Source: Eledone cirrhosa (lineage: Eukaryota). From it: a stretch of DNA of 64,000 nt. Shown piece by piece: positions 40,101 to 55,110 of this stretch. The notes beneath the pieces are model-generated. The model made no database searches. It had not been told where the DNA came from and saw only the letters and a program-made list of their open reading frames with translations. How positions within the stretch are numbered: position 1 is the stretch's first letter; every line of letters starts with the position of its first letter. The DNA is taken from assembly GCA_964016885.1 (NCBI GenBank), contig CAXHJY010001472.1, positions 682,001 through 746,000 of the forward strand. The letters are read 5' to 3'. The translations under genes and the position numbers were made by a program.

Positions 40101-43100
40101 TGATCTCCCCTTGGACGGCTGGAAATGATCTCCCCTTGGCTGGTTGGAAATTATCTCCCCTTGGACCGCTAGAAATTATCTCTCCTTGGACGGCTGGAAA
40201 TTATTTCCCCTTGATTTTTATTACAAATCTCCCCCTAATTTAAAAAAAAATTATCTCCCCTTCGCTGGCTGGAAATTATCTCCCTTTGGAAGGCTGGAAA
40301 TTATAGCCCCTTGTAGGGCTGGAAATTATCTCCCCTTGGACGGCTGGAAATTATCTCCCCTTGATTTTTTTTACAAATTATCTCCCCCTGATTTTTTTAA
40401 AAATGATCTCCCCTTGGACGGCTGGAAATGATCTCCCCTTGGCTGGTTGGAAATTATCTCCCCTTGGACCGCTAGAAATTATCTCTCCTTGGATGGCTGG
40501 AAATTATCTCCCCTTGATTTTTTTACAAATTATCTCCCCCTGATTTTTTTTACAAATCTCCCAGTGATTTTTAAAAAAAATTTTCTCCCCTTCGCTGGCT
40601 GGAAATTATCTCCCCTTGGACGCTGGAAATTATAGCCCCTTGGAAGGCTGGAAATTATCTTCCCTTGGACGGCTGGAAATTATCTCCCCTTGATTTTTTT
40701 TTACAAATTATCTCCCCCTGATTTTTTTTTTACAAATTATCTCCCCCTGATTTTTTTTAACAAATTATCTCCGCCTGATTTTTTTAAAAAAATTATCTCC
40801 CCTTGGACGGCTGGAAATTATCTCCCCTTGGACGGCTGGAAATTATCTCCCCTTGGACGGCTAGAAATTACCTCTCCTTGGACGGCTGAAAATTATCTCC
40901 CCTTGGACGGCTGCAAATTATCTCCCCTTGATTTTTTTTACAAATTATCTCCCCTTGATTTTTTTTTACAAATTATCTCCCCCTGATTTTTTTTACAAAT
41001 TATCTTCCCTTGGACGGCAGGAAATTATCTCCCCTTGGAAGGATGGAAATTATCTCCCCTTGGACGGCTGGAAATTATCTCCCCTTGCACGGCTGGAAAT
41101 TATCTCCCCTTGGACAGCTGGAAATTATCTGCCCTTGATTTTGTTTTTACAAATTATCTCCCCCTGATTTTTTTTACAAATTATCTCCACCTGATTTTTT
41201 TAAAAATTATCTCCCCTTGGACGGCTGGAAATTATCTCCCCTTGGCTGGAAATTATCTCCCCTTGGACGGCTAGAAATTATCTCTCTTTGGACGGCTGGA
41301 AATTATCTCCCTTTGATTTTTTTAACAAATTATCTCCCTCTGATTTTTTTTACAAATCTCCCCCTGATTTTTTTAAAAAAATTATCTCCCCTTCGCTGGC
41401 TGGAAATTATCTCCCCTTGGACACTGGAAATTATAGCCCCCTGGAGGGCTGGAAATTATCTTCCCTTGGACGGCTGGAAATTATCTCCCCTTGATTTTTT
41501 TACAAATTATCTCCCCCTGATTTTTTTTTACAAATTATCTCCCCCTGATTTTTTTTACAAATTATCTCCCCCTGATTTTTTTTTACAAATTATCTCCCCC
41601 TGATATTTTTTTTACAAATTATCTCCGCCTGATTTTTTTAAAAAAATTATCTCCCCTTGGACGGCTGGAAATTATCTCCCCTTGGACGGCTGGAAATTAT
41701 CTCCCCTTGGACGGCTAGAAATTACCTCTCCTTGGACGGCTGAAAATTATCTCCCCTTGGACGGCTGCAAATTATCTCCCCTTGATTTTTTTTACAAATT
41801 ATCTCCCCCTGATTTTTTTTTACAAATTATCTCCCCCTGATTTTTTTTTTACAAATCTCCGCCTGATTTTTAAAAAAAATTATCTCCCCTTGGACGGCTG
41901 GAAATTATCTCCCCTTGGACGGCTGGAAATTATCTTCCCTTGGACGGCTAGAAATTACCTCTCCTTGGACGGCTGAAAATTATCTCCCCTTGGACGGCTG
42001 GAAATTATCTCCCCTTGATTTTTTTACAAATTATCTGCCCCTGATTCTTTTTTTACAAATTATCTCCCCCTGATTTTTTTAAAAATGATCTCCCCTTGGA
42101 CGGCTGGAAATGATCTCCCCTTGGCTGGTTGGAAATTATCTCCCCTTGGACCGCTAGAAATAATCTCTCCTTGGACGGCTGGAAATTATCTCCCCTTGAT
42201 TTTTTTTACAAATCTCCCCCTAATTTAAAAAAAAATTATCTCCCCTTCGCTGGCTGGAAATTATCTCTCTTTGGACGGCTGGAAATTATAGCCCCTTGTA
42301 GGGCTGGAAATTATCTCCCCTTGGACGGCTGGAAATTATCTCCCCTTGATTTTTTTTACAAATTATCTCCCCCTGACTTTTTTAAAAATGATCTCCCCTT
42401 GGACGGCTGGAAATGATCTCCCCTTGGCTGGTTGGAAATTTTCTCCCCTTGGACCGCTAGAAATTATCTCTCCTTGGACGGCTGGAAATTATCTCCCCTT
42501 GATTTTTTTACAAATTATCTCCCCCTGATTTTTTTTACAAATCTCCCAGTGATTTTTTAAAAAAATTATCTCCCCTTCGCTGGCTGGAAATTATCTCCCC
42601 TTGGACGCTGGAAATTATAGCCCCTTGGAGGGCTGGAAATTATCTTCCCTTGGACGGCTGGAAATTATCTCCCCTTGATTTTTTTTACAAATTATCTCCC
42701 CCTGATTTTTTTTTACAAATTATCTCCCCCTGATTTTTTTTACAAATTATCTCCCCCTGATTTTTTTTAACAAATTATCTCCCCTTGGACGGCTGGAAAT
42801 TATCTCCCCTTGGACGGCTGGAAATTATCTCCCCTTGGATGGCTAGAAATTACCTCTCCTTGGACAGCTGAAAATTATCTCCCCTTGGACGACTGCAAAT
42901 TATCTCCCCTTGATTTTTTTTACAAATTATCTCCCCCTGATTTTTTTTTACAAATTATCTCCCCCTGATTTTTTTAACAAAATATCTCCCCCTGATTTTT
43001 TTACAAATTATCTCCCCCTGATTTTTTTTACAATCTCCGCCTGATTTTTTTAAAAATTATCTTGCCTTGGCTGGCTGGAAATTATCTCCCCTTGGACGGC

Positions 43101-46100
43101 TGGAAATTATCTCCCCTTGGAAGGATGGAAATTATCTCCCCTTGGACGGCTGGAAATTATCTCCCCTTGCACGGCTGGAAATTATCTCCCCTTGGACAGC
43201 TGGAAATTATCTGCCCTTGATTTTGTTTTTACAAATTATGTTCCCCTGATTTTTTTTACAAATTATCTCCACCTGATTTTTTAAAAAATTATCTCCCCTT
43301 GGACGGCTGGAAATTATCTCCCCTTGGTTGGAAATTATCTCCCCTTGGACGGCTAGAAATTATCTCTGTTTGGAATGCTGGAAATTATCTCCCCTTGGAC
43401 GACTGCAAATTATCTCCCCTTGATTTTTTTTACAAATTATCTCCCCCTGATTTTTTTTTACAAATTATCTCCCCCTGATTTTTTTTACAAAATATCTCCC
43501 CCTGATTTTTTTACAAATTATCTCCCCCTGATTTTTTTTACAATCTCCGCCTGATTTTTTTAAAAATTATCTTGCCTTGGCTGGCTGGAAATTATCTCCC
43601 CTTGGACGGCTGGAAATTATCTCCCCTTGGAAGGATGGAAATTATCTCCCCTTGGACGGCTGGAAATTATCTCCCCTTGCACGGCTGGAAATTATCTCCC
43701 CTTGGACAGCTGGAAATTATCTGCCCTTGATTTTGTTTTTACAAATTATGTTCCCCTGATTTTTTTTACAAATTATCTCCACCTGATTTTTTAAAAAATT
43801 ATCTCCCCTTGGACGGCTGGAAATTATCTCCCCTTGGTTGGAAATTATCTCCCCTTGGACGGCTAGAAATTATCTCTGTTTGGACGGCTGGAAATTATCT
43901 CCCTTTGATTTTTTTAACAAATTATCTCCCTCTGATTTTTTTTACAAATCTCCCCCTGATTTTTTTAAAAAAATTATCTCCCCTTCGCTGGCTGGAAATT
44001 ATCTCCCCTTGGACACTGGAAATTATAGCCCCCTGGAGGGCTGGAAATTATCTTCCCTTGGACGGCTGGAAATTATCTCCCCTTGATTTTTTTTTACAAA
44101 TTATCTCCCCCTGATTTTTTTTTTACAAATTATCTCCCCCTGATTTTTTTTAACAAATTATCTCCGCCTGATTTTTTTAAAAAAATTATCTCCCCTTGGA
44201 CGGCTGGAAATTATCTCCCCTTGGACGGCTGGAAATTATCTCCCCTTGGACGGCTAGAAATTACCTCTCCTTGGACGGCTGAAAATTATCTCCCCTTGGA
44301 CGGCTGCAAATTATCTCCCTTGGATTTTTTTTACAAATTATCTCCCCTTGATTTTTTTTTATAAATTATCTCCCCCTGATTTTTTTTACAAATTATCTTC
44401 CCTTGGACGGCTGGAAATTATCTCCCCTTGGAAGGATGGAAATTATCTCCCCTTGGACGGCTGGAATTTATCTCCCCTTGCACGGCTGGAAATTATCTCC
44501 CCTTGGACAGCTGGAAATTATCTGCCCTTGATTTTTTTTTTACAAATTATCTCCCCCTGATTTTTTTTTACAAATTATCTCCCCCTGATTTTTTTTTTAC
44601 AAATTATCTCCGCCTGATTTTTTTTTAAAATTATCTCCCCTTGGACGGCTGGAAATTATCTCCCCTTGGACGGCTGGAAATTATCTTCCCTTGGACGGCT
44701 AGAAATTACCTCTCCTTGGACGGCTGAAAATTATCTCCCCTTGGACGGCTGGAAATTATCTCCCCTTGATTTTTTTACAAATTATCTGCCCCTGATTTTT
44801 TTTTACAAATTATCTCCCCCTGATTTTTTTTTACAAATTATCTCCCCCTGATTTTTTTTTACAAATTATCTCCCCCTGATTTTTTTTTTACAAATTATCT
44901 CCCCCTGATTTTTTTACAAATTATCTCCCCCTGATTTTTTTTACAATCTCCGCCTGATTTTTTAAAAAATTATCTTCCCTTGGCTGGCGGGAAATTATCT
45001 CCCCTTGGACGGCTGGAAATTATCTCCCCTTGGCTGGAAATTATCTCCCCTTGGACACTGGAAATTATAGCCCCTTGGAGGGCTGGAAATTATCTTCCCT
45101 TGGACGGCTGGAAATTATCTCCCCTTGATTTTTTTACAAATTATCTGCCCCTGATTTTTTTTTTACAAATTATCTCCCCCTGATTTTTTTTTACAAATTA
45201 TCTACCCCTGATTTTTTTTACAAATTATCTCCCCCTGATTTTTTTTTTACAAATTATCTCCCCCTGATTTTTTTAAAAATGATCTCCCCTTGGACGGCTG
45301 GAAATGATCTCCCCTTGGCTGGTTGGAAATTATCTCCCCTTGGACCGCTAGAAATTATCTCTCCTTGGACGGCTGGAAATTATTTCCCCTTGATTTTTAT
45401 TACAAATCTCCCCCTAATTTAAAAAAAAATTATCTCCCCTTCGCTGGCTGGAAATTATCTCCCTTTGGACGGCTGGAAATTATAGCCCCTTGTAGGGCTG
45501 GAAATTATCTCCCCTTGGACGGCTGGAAATTATCTCCCCTTGATTTTTTTTACAAATTATCTCCCCCTGATTTTTTAAAAAATGATCTCCCCTTGGACGG
45601 CTGGAAATGATCTCCCCTTGGCTGCTTGGAAATTATCTCCCCTTGGACCGCTAGAAATTATCTCTCCTTGGATGGCTGGAAATTATCTCCCCTTGATTTT
45701 TTTACAAATTATCTCCCCCTGATTTTTTTTACAAATCTCCCAGTGATTTTTAAAAAAAATTTTCTCCCCTTCGCTGGCTGGAAATTATCTCCCCTTGGAC
45801 GCTGGAAATTATAGCCCCTTGGAAGGCTGGAAATTATCTTCCCTTGGACGGCTGGAAATTATCTCCCCTTGATTTTTTTTTACAAATTATCTCCCCCTGA
45901 TTTTTTTTTTTACAAATTATCTCCCCCTGATTTTTTTTAACAAATTATCTCCGCCTGATTTTTTTAAAAAAATTATCTCCCCTTGGACGGCTGGAAATTA
46001 TCTCCCCTTGGACGGCTGGAAATTATCTCCCCTTGGACGGCTAGAAATTACCTCTCCTTGGACGGCTGAAAATTATCTCCCCTTGGACGGCTGCAAATTA

Positions 46101-49100
46101 TCTCCCCTTGATTTTTTTTACAAATTATCTCCCCTTGATTTTTTTTTACAAATTATCTCCCCCTGATTTTTTTTACAAATTATCTTCCCTTGGACGGCTG
46201 GAAATTATCTCCCCTTGGCTGGAAATTATCTCCCCTTGGACGGCTAGAAATTATCTCTCTTTGGACGGCTGGAAATTATCTCCCTTTGATTTTTTTAACA
46301 AATTATCTCCCTCTGATTTTTTTTACAAATCTCCCCCTGATTTTTTTAAAAAAATTATCTCCCCTTCGCTGGCTGGAAATTATCTCCCCTTGGACACTGG
46401 AAATTATAGCCCCCTGGAGGGCTGGAAATTATCTTCCCTTGGACGGCTGGAAATTATCTCCCCTTGATTTTTTTTACAAATTATCTCCCCCTGATTTTTT
46501 TTTACAAATTATCTCCCCCTGATTTTTTTTACAAATTATCTCCCCCTGATTTTTTTTTACAAATTATCTCCCCCTGATATTTTTTTTAGAAATTATCTCC
46601 GCCTGATTTTTTTTTAAAAATTATCTCCCCTTGGACGGCTGGAAATTATCTCCCCTTGGACGGCTGGAAATTATCTCCCCTTGAACGGCTAGAAATTACC
46701 TCTCCTTGGACGGCTGAAAATTATCTCCCCTTGGACGGCTGCAAATTATCTCCCCTTGATTTTTTTTACAAATTATCTCCCCCTGATTTTTTTTTTACAA
46801 ATTATCTCCCCCTGATTTTTTTTTTACAAATCTCCGCCTGATTTTAAAAAAAAATTATCTCCCCTTGGACGGCTGGAAATTATCTCCCCTTGGACGGCTG
46901 GAAATTATCTTCCCTTGGACGGCTAGAAATTACCTCTCCTTGGACGGCTGAAAATTATCTCCCCTTGGACGGCTGGAAATTATCTCCCCTTGATTTTTTT
47001 ACAAATTATCTGCCCCTGATTTTTTTTTTACAAATTATCTCCCCCTGATTTTTTTAAAAATGATCTCCCCTTGGACGGCTGGAAATGATCTCCCCTTGGC
47101 TGGTTGGAAATTATCTCCCCTTGGACCGCTAGAAATAATCTCTCCTTGGACGGCTGGAAATTATCTCCCCTTGATTTTTTTTACAAATCTCCCCCTAATT
47201 TAAAAAAAAATTATCTCCCCTTCGCTGGCTGGAAATTATCTCCCTTTGGACGGCTGGAAATTATAGCCCCTTGTAGGGCTGGAAATTATCTCCCCTTGGA
47301 CGGCTGGAAATTATCTCCCCTTGATTTTCTTTACAAATTATCTCCCCCTGACTTTTTAAAAAATGATCTCCCCTTGGACGGCTGGAAATGATCTCCCCTT
47401 GGCTGGTTGGAAATTTTCTCCCCTTGGACGGCTGAAAATTATCTCCCCTTGGACGGCTGCAAATTATCTCCCCTTGATTTTTTTTACAAATTATCTCCCC
47501 TTGATTTTTTTTTACAAATTATCTCCCCCTGATTTTTTTTACAAATTATCTTCCCTTGGACGGCAGGAAATTATCTCCCCTTGGAAGGATGGAAATTATC
47601 TCCCCTTGGACGGCTGGAAATTATCTCCCCTTGCACGGCTGGAAATTATCTCCCCTTGGACAGCTGGAAATTATCTGCCCTTGATTTTGTTTTTACAAAT
47701 TATCTCCCCGATTTTTTTTACAAATTATCTCCACCTGATTTTTTTAAAAATGATCTCCCCTTGGACGGCTGGAAATGATCTCCCCTTGGCTGGTTGGAAA
47801 TTTTCTCCCCTTGGACCGCTAGAAATTATCTCTCCTTGGACGGCTGGAAATTATCTCCCCTTGATTTTTTTACAAATTATCTCCCCCTGATTTTTTTTAC
47901 AAATCTCCCAGTGATTTTTTAAAAAAATTATCTCCCCTTCGCTGGCTGGAAATTATCTCCCCTTGGACGCTGGAAATTATAGCCCCTTGGAGGGCTGGAA
48001 ATTATCTTCCCTTGGACGGCTGGAAATTATCTCCCCTTGATTTTTTTTACAAATTATCTCCCCCTGATTTTTTTTTACAAATTATTTCCCCCTGATTTTT
48101 TTTACAAATTATCTCCCCCTGATTTTTTTTAACAAATTATCTCCCCTTGGACGGCTGGAAATTATCTCCCCTTGGACGGCTGGAAATTATCTCCCCTTGG
48201 ACGGCTAGAAATTACCTCTCCTTGGACAGCTGAAAATTATCTCCCCTTGGACGGCTGCAAATTATCTCCCCTTGATTTTTTTTTACAAATTATCTCCCCC
48301 TGATTTTTTTTACAAATTATCTCCCCCTGATTTTTTTTACAAATTATCTCCCCCTGATTTTTTTTACAAAATATCTCCCCCTGATTTTTTTACAAATTAT
48401 CTCCCCCTGATTTTTTTTACAATCTCCGCCTGATTTTTTAAAAAATTATCTTGCCTTGGCTGGCTGGAAATTATCTCCCCTTGGACGGCTGGAAATTATC
48501 TCCCCTTGGAAGGATGGAAATTATCTCCCCTTGGACGGCTGGAAATTATCTCCCCTTGCACGGCTGGAAATTATCTCCCCTTGGACAGCTGGAAATTATC
48601 TGCCCTTGATTTTGTTTTTACAAATTATGTTCCCCTGATTTTTTTTACAAATTATCTCCACCTGATTTTTTAAAAAATTATCTCCCCTTGGACGGCTGGA
48701 AATTATCTCCCCTTGGTTGGAAATTATCTCCCCTTGGACGGCTAGAAATGATCTCTGTTTGGACGAATGGAAATTATCTCCCTTTGATTTTTTTAACAAA
48801 TTATCTCCCTCTGATTTTTTTTACAAATCTCCCCCTGATTTTTTTAAAAAAATTATCTCCCCTTCGCTGGCTGGAAATTATCTCCCCTTGGACACTGGAA
48901 ATTATAGCCCCCTGGAGGGCTGGAAATTATCTTCCCTTGGACGGCTGGAAATTATCTCCCCTTGATTTTTTTTACAAATTATCTCCCCCTGATTTTTTTT
49001 TTACAAATTATCTCCCCCTGATTTTTTTTACAAATTATCTCCCCCTGATTTTTTTACAAATTATCTCCGCCTGATTTTTTTAAAAATTATCTTCCCTTGG

Positions 49101-52100
49101 CTGGCGGGAAATTATCTCCCCTTGGACGGCTGGAAATTATCTCCCCTTGGAAGGATGGAAATTATCTCCCCTTGGACAGCTGGAAATTATCTCCCCTTGG
49201 ACGGCTGAAAATTATCTCCCCTTGATTTTTTTTTTACAAATTATCTCCCCCTGATTTTTTTTTACAAATTATCTCCCCCTGATTTTTTTTTTACAAATTA
49301 TCTCTCCCTGATTTTTTTTTACAAATATCTCCCCTTGGCTGGCTGGAAATTATCTCCCCTTGGACGGTTGGAAATTATCTCCCCTTGGACGGCTGGAAAT
49401 TATCTCCCCTTGAACGGCTGGAAATTATCTCCTCTTGGACGGCTGGAAATTATCTCCCCTTGGACGGCTGGAAATTATCTCCCCTTGGACCGCTAGAAAT
49501 TATCTCTCCTTGGACGGCTGGAAATTATCTCCCCTTGATTTTTCTACAAATTATCTCGTCCTGATTTTTTTTACAAATCTCCCAGTGATTTTTAAAAAAA
49601 AATTATCTCCCCTTCGCTGGCTGGAAATTATCTCACCTTGGACGCTGGAAATTATAGCCCCTTGGAGGGCTGGAAATTATCTTCACTTGGACGGCTGGAA
49701 ATTATCTCCCCTTGATTTTTTTTACAAATTATCTCCCCCTGATTTTTTTTTACAAATTATCTCCCCCGGATTTTTTTTTATAAATTATCTCCCCCTGATT
49801 TTTTTTAACAAATTATCTCCGCCTGATTTTTAAAAAAAAATTATCTCCCCTTAGACGGCTGGAAATTATCTCCCCTTGGACGGCTGGAAATTATCTCCCC
49901 TTGGACGGCTAGAAATTAGACGGCTGAAAATTATCTCCCCTTGGACGGCTGCAAATAATCTCCCCTTGATTTTTTTTACAAATTATCTCCCCCTGATTTT
50001 TTTTTACAAATTATCTCCCCCTGATTTCTTTTTACAAATTATCTCCCCCTGATTTTTTTTTACAAATTATCTACCCCTGATTTTTTTTTACAAATTATCT
50101 CCCCCTGATTTTTTTTTACAAATTATCTCCCCCTGATTTTTTTTTACAAATTATCTCCCCCTGATTTTTTTTTTACAAATTATCTCCCCCTGATTTTTTT
50201 ACAAATTATCTCCCCCTGATTTTTTTTACAATCTCCGCCTGATTTTTTAAAAAATGATCTCCCCTTGGACGGCTGGAAATGATCTCCCCTTGGCTGGTTG
50301 GAAATTATCTCCCCTTGGACCGCTAGAAATTATCTCTCCTTGGACGGCTGGAAATTATCTCCCCTTGATTTTTTTACAAATTATCTCCCCCTGATTTTTT
50401 TTACAAATCTCCCAGTGATTTTTTAAAAAAAATTATCTCCCCTTCGCTGGCTGGAAATTATCTCCCCTTGGACGCTGGAAATTATAGCCCCCTTGGAGGG
50501 CTGGAAATTATCTTCCCTTGGACGGCTGGAAATTATCTCCCCTTGATTTTTTTTTACAAATTATCTCCCCCTGATTTTTTTTTACAAATTATCTCCGCCT
50601 GATTTTTAAAAAAAAATTATCTCCCCTTGGACGGCTGGAATTATCTCCCCTTGGACGGCTGGAAATTATCTCCCCTTGGACGGCTAGAAATTACCTCTCC
50701 TTGGACGGCTGAAAATTATCTCCCCTTGGACGGCTGCAAATTATCTCCCCTTGATTTTTTTTACAAATTATCTCCCCCTGATTTTTTTTTACAAATTATC
50801 TACCCCTGATTTTTTTTACAAATTATCTCCCCCTGATTTTTTTTTACAAATTATCTCCCCCTGATTTTTTTACAAATTATCTCCCCCTGATTTTTTTTAC
50901 AATCTCCGCCTGATTTTTTAAAAAATAATCTTCCCTTGGCTGGCGGGAAATTATCTCCCCTTGGACGGCTGGAAATTATCTCCCCTTGGAAGGATAGAAA
51001 TTATCTCCCCTTGGACGGCTGGAAATTATCTCCCCTTGCACGGCTGGAAATTATCTCCCCTTGGACAGCTGGAAATTATCTGCCCTTGATTTTGTTTTTA
51101 CAAATTATCTCCCCCTGATTTTTTTTACAAATTATCTCCACCTGATTTTTTAAAAAATTATCTCCCCTTGGACGGCTGGAAATTATCTCCCCTTGGCTGG
51201 AAATTATCTCCCCTTGGACGGCTAGAAATTATCTCTCTTTGGACGGCTGGAAATTATCTCCCTTTGATTTTTTTACAAATTATCTCCCTCTGATTTTTTT
51301 TACAAATCTCCCCCTGATTTTTAAAAAAAAATTATCTCCCCTTCGCTGGCTGGAAATTATCTCCCCTTGGACACTGGAAATTATAGCCCCTTGGAGGGCT
51401 GGAAATTATCTTCCCTTGGACGGCTGGAAATTATCTCCCCTTGATTTTTTTTACAAATTATCTCCCCCTGATATTTTTTTTACAAATTATCTCCCCCTGA
51501 TTTTTTTACAAATTATCTCCCCCTGATTTTTTTTACAAATTATCTCCGCCTGATTTTTTTAAATATTATCTTCCCTTGGCTGGCGGGAAATTATCTCCCC
51601 TTGGACGGTTGGAAATTATCTCCCCTTGCACTGCTGGAAATTATCTCCCCTTGGACGGCTGGAAATTATCTCCCCTTGCACGGCTGGAAATTATCATCCC
51701 CTTGGACGGCTGAAAATTATCTCCCCTTGATTTTTTTTTACAAATTATCTGCCCCTGATTTTTTTTTACAAATTATCTCCCCCTGATTTTTTTTTACAAA
51801 TTATCTCCGCCTGATTTTTAAAAAAAAATTATCTCCCCTTAGACGGCTGGAAATTATCTCCCCTTGGACGGCTGGAAATTATCTCCCCTTGGACGGCTAG
51901 AAATTGGACGGCTGAAAATTATCTCCCCTTGGACGGCTGCAAATTATCTCCCCTTGATTTTTTTTACAAATTATCTCCCCCTGATTTTTTTTTACAAATT
52001 ATCTCCCCCTGATTTTTTTTTTACAAATTATCTCCCCCTGATTTTTTTACAAATTATCTCCCCCTGATTTTTTTTACAATCTCCGCCTGATTTTTTAAAA

Positions 52101-53260
52101 AATTATCTTCCCTTGGCTGGCGGGAAATTATCTCCCCTTGGACGGCTGGAAATTATCTCCCCTTGGCTGGAAATTATCTCCCCTTGGACACTGGAAATTA
52201 TAGCCCCTTGGAGGGCTGGAAATTATCTTCCCTTGGACGGCTGGAAATTATCTCCCCTTGATTTTTTTACAAATTATCTGCCCCTGATTTTTTTTTACAA
52301 ATTATCTCCCCCTGATTTTTTTTTACAAATTATCTACCCCTGATTTTTTTTACAAATTATCTCCCCCTGATTTTTTTTTTACAAATTATCTCCCCCTGAT
52401 TTTTTTAAAAATGATCTCCCCTTGGACGGCTGGAAATGATCTCCCCTTGGCTGGTTGGAAATTATCTCCCCTTGGACCGCTAGAAATTATCTCTCCTTGG
52501 ACGGCTGGAAATTATTTCCCCTTGATTTTTTTTACAAATCTCCCCCTAATTTAAAAAAAAATTATCTCCCCTTCGCTGGCTGGAAATTATCTCCCTTTGG
52601 ACGGCTGGAAATTATAGCCCCTTGTAGGGCTGGAAATTATCTCCCCTTGGACGGCTGGAAATTATCTCCCCTTGATTTTTTTTACAAATTATCTCCCCCT
52701 GATTTTTTTAAAAATGATCTCCCCTTGGACGGCTGGAAATGATCTCCCCTTGGCTGGTTGGAAATTATCTCCCCTTGGACCGCTAGAAATTATCTCTCCT
52801 TGGATGGCTGGAAATTATCTCCCCTTGATTTTTCTACAAATTATCTCCCCCTGATTTTTTTTACAAATCTCCCAGTGATTTTTAAAAAAAATTTTCTCCC
52901 CTTCGCTGGCTGGAAATTATCTCCCCTTGGACGCTGGAAATTATAGCCCCTTGGAAGGCTGGAAATTATCTTCCCTTGGACGGCTGGAAATTATCTCCCC
53001 TTGATTTTTTTTTACAAATTATCTCCCCCTGATTTTTTTTTTTACAAATTATCTCCCCCTGATTTTTTTTAACAAATTATCTCCGCCTGATTTTTTTAAA
53101 AAAATTATCTCCCCTTGGACGGCTGGAAATTATCTCCCCTTGGACGGCTGGAAATTATCTCCCCTTGGACGGCTAGAAATTACCTCTCCTTGGACTGCTG
53201 AAAATTATCTCCCCTTGGACGGCTGCAAATTATCTCCCCTTGATTTTTTTTACAAATTAT
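34161..53260 (+). repeat. ~19.1-kb macro-repeat, copy 2
   Basis: Collinear with copy 1 (15573/34801, 23001/42129, 30308/49435, 33356/52455). It differs from copy 1 by a 100-bp, a 28-bp and a 2-bp deletion and a 1-bp insertion. Confidence 0.9.
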
Positions 53261-55110
53261 CTCCCCTTGATTTTTTTTTATAAATTATCTCCCCCTGATT
53301 TTTTTTACAAATTATCTTCCCTTGGACGGCTGGAAATTATCTCCCCTTGGAAGGATGGAAATTATCTCCCCTTGGACGGCTGGAAATTATCTCCCCTTGC
53401 ACGGCTGGAAATTATCTCCCCTTGGACAGCTGGAAATTATCTGCCCTTGATTTTTTTTTACAAATTATCTCCCCCTGATTTTTTTTTACAAATTATCTCC
53501 CCCTGATTTTTTTTTTACAAATTATCTCCGCCTGATTTTTTTTTTAAATTATCTCCCCTTGGACGGCTGGAAATTATCTCCCCTTGGACGGCTGGAAATT
53601 ATCTTCCCTTGGACGGCTAGAAATTACCTCTCCTTGGACGGCTGAAAATTATCTCCCCTTGGACGGCTGGAAATTATCTCCCCTTGATTTTTTTACAAAT
53701 TATCTGCCCCTGATTTTTTTTTACAAATTATCTCCCCCTGATTTTTTTTTACAAATTATCTCCCCCTGATTTTTTTTTACAAATTATCTCCCCCTGATTT
53801 TTTTTTTACAAATTATCTCCCCCTGATTTTTTTACAAATTATCTCCCCCTGATTTTTTTTACAATCTCCGCCTGATTTTTTAAAAAATTATCTTCCCTTG
53901 GCTGGCGGGAAATTATCTCCCCTTGGACGGCTGGAAATTATCTCCCCTTGGCTGGAAATTATCTCCCCTTGGACACTGGAAATTATAGCCCCTTGGAGGG
54001 CTGGAAATTATCTTCCCTTGGACGGCTGGAAATTATCTCCCCTTGATTTTTTTACAAATTATCTGCCCCTGATTTTTTTTTTACAAATTATCTCCCCCTG
54101 ATTTTTTTTTACAAATTATCTACCCCTGATTTTTTTTACAAATTATCTCCCCCTGATTTTTTTTTTACAAATTATCTCCCCCTGATTTTTTTAAAAATGA
54201 TCTCCCCTTGGACGGCTGGAAATGATCTCCCCTTGGCTGGTTGGAAATTATCTCCCCTTGGACCGCTAGAAATTATCTCTCCTTGGACGGCTGGAAATTA
54301 TTTCCCCTTGATTTTTATTACAAATCTCCCCCTAATTTAAAAAAAAATTATCTCCCCTTCGCTGGCTGGAAATTATCTCCCTTTGGACGGCTGGAAATTA
54401 TAGCCCCTTGTATGGCTGGAAATTATCTCCCCTTGGACGGCTGGAAATTATCTCCCCTTGATTTTTTTTACAAATTATCTCCCCCTGATTTTTTAAAAAA
54501 TGATCTCCCCTTGGACGGCTGGAAATGATCTCCCCTTGGCTGGTTGGAAATTATCTCCCCTTGGACCGCTAGAAATTATCTCTCCTTGGATGGCTGGAAA
54601 TTATCTCCCCTTGATTTTTTTACAAATTATCTCCCCCTGATTTTTTTTACAAATCTCCCAGTGATTTTTAAAAAAAATTTTCTCCCCTTCGCTGGCTGGA
54701 AATTATCTCCCCTTGGACGCTGGAAATTATAGCCCCTTGGAAGGCTGGAAATTATCTTCCCTTGGACGGCTGGAAATTATCTCCCCTTGATTTTTTTTTA
54801 CAAATTATCTCCCCCTGATTTTTTTTTTTACAAATTATCTCCCCCTGATTTTTTTTAACAAATTATCTCCGCCTGATTTTTTTAAAAAAATTATCTCCCT
54901 TTGGACGGCTGGAAATTATCTCCCCTTGGACGGCTGGAAATTATCTCCCCTTGGACGGCTAGAAATTACCTCTCCTTGGACGGCTGAAAATTATCTCCCC
55001 TTGGACGGCTGCAAATTATCTCCCCTTGATTTTTTTTACAAATTATCTCCCCTTGATTTTTTTTTACAAATTATCTCCCCCTGATTTTTTTTACAAATTA
55101 TCTTCCCTTG
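53240..55110 (+). repeat. ~1.9-kb HOR linker between macro-repeat copies 2 and 3, most similar to ~25190-27060
   Basis: The offset is constant at 28,047 (25537/53584, 25851/53898, 26194/54241, 26497/54544). The TTTTTATTAC and T6A6TGATC variants are shared. Confidence 0.7.
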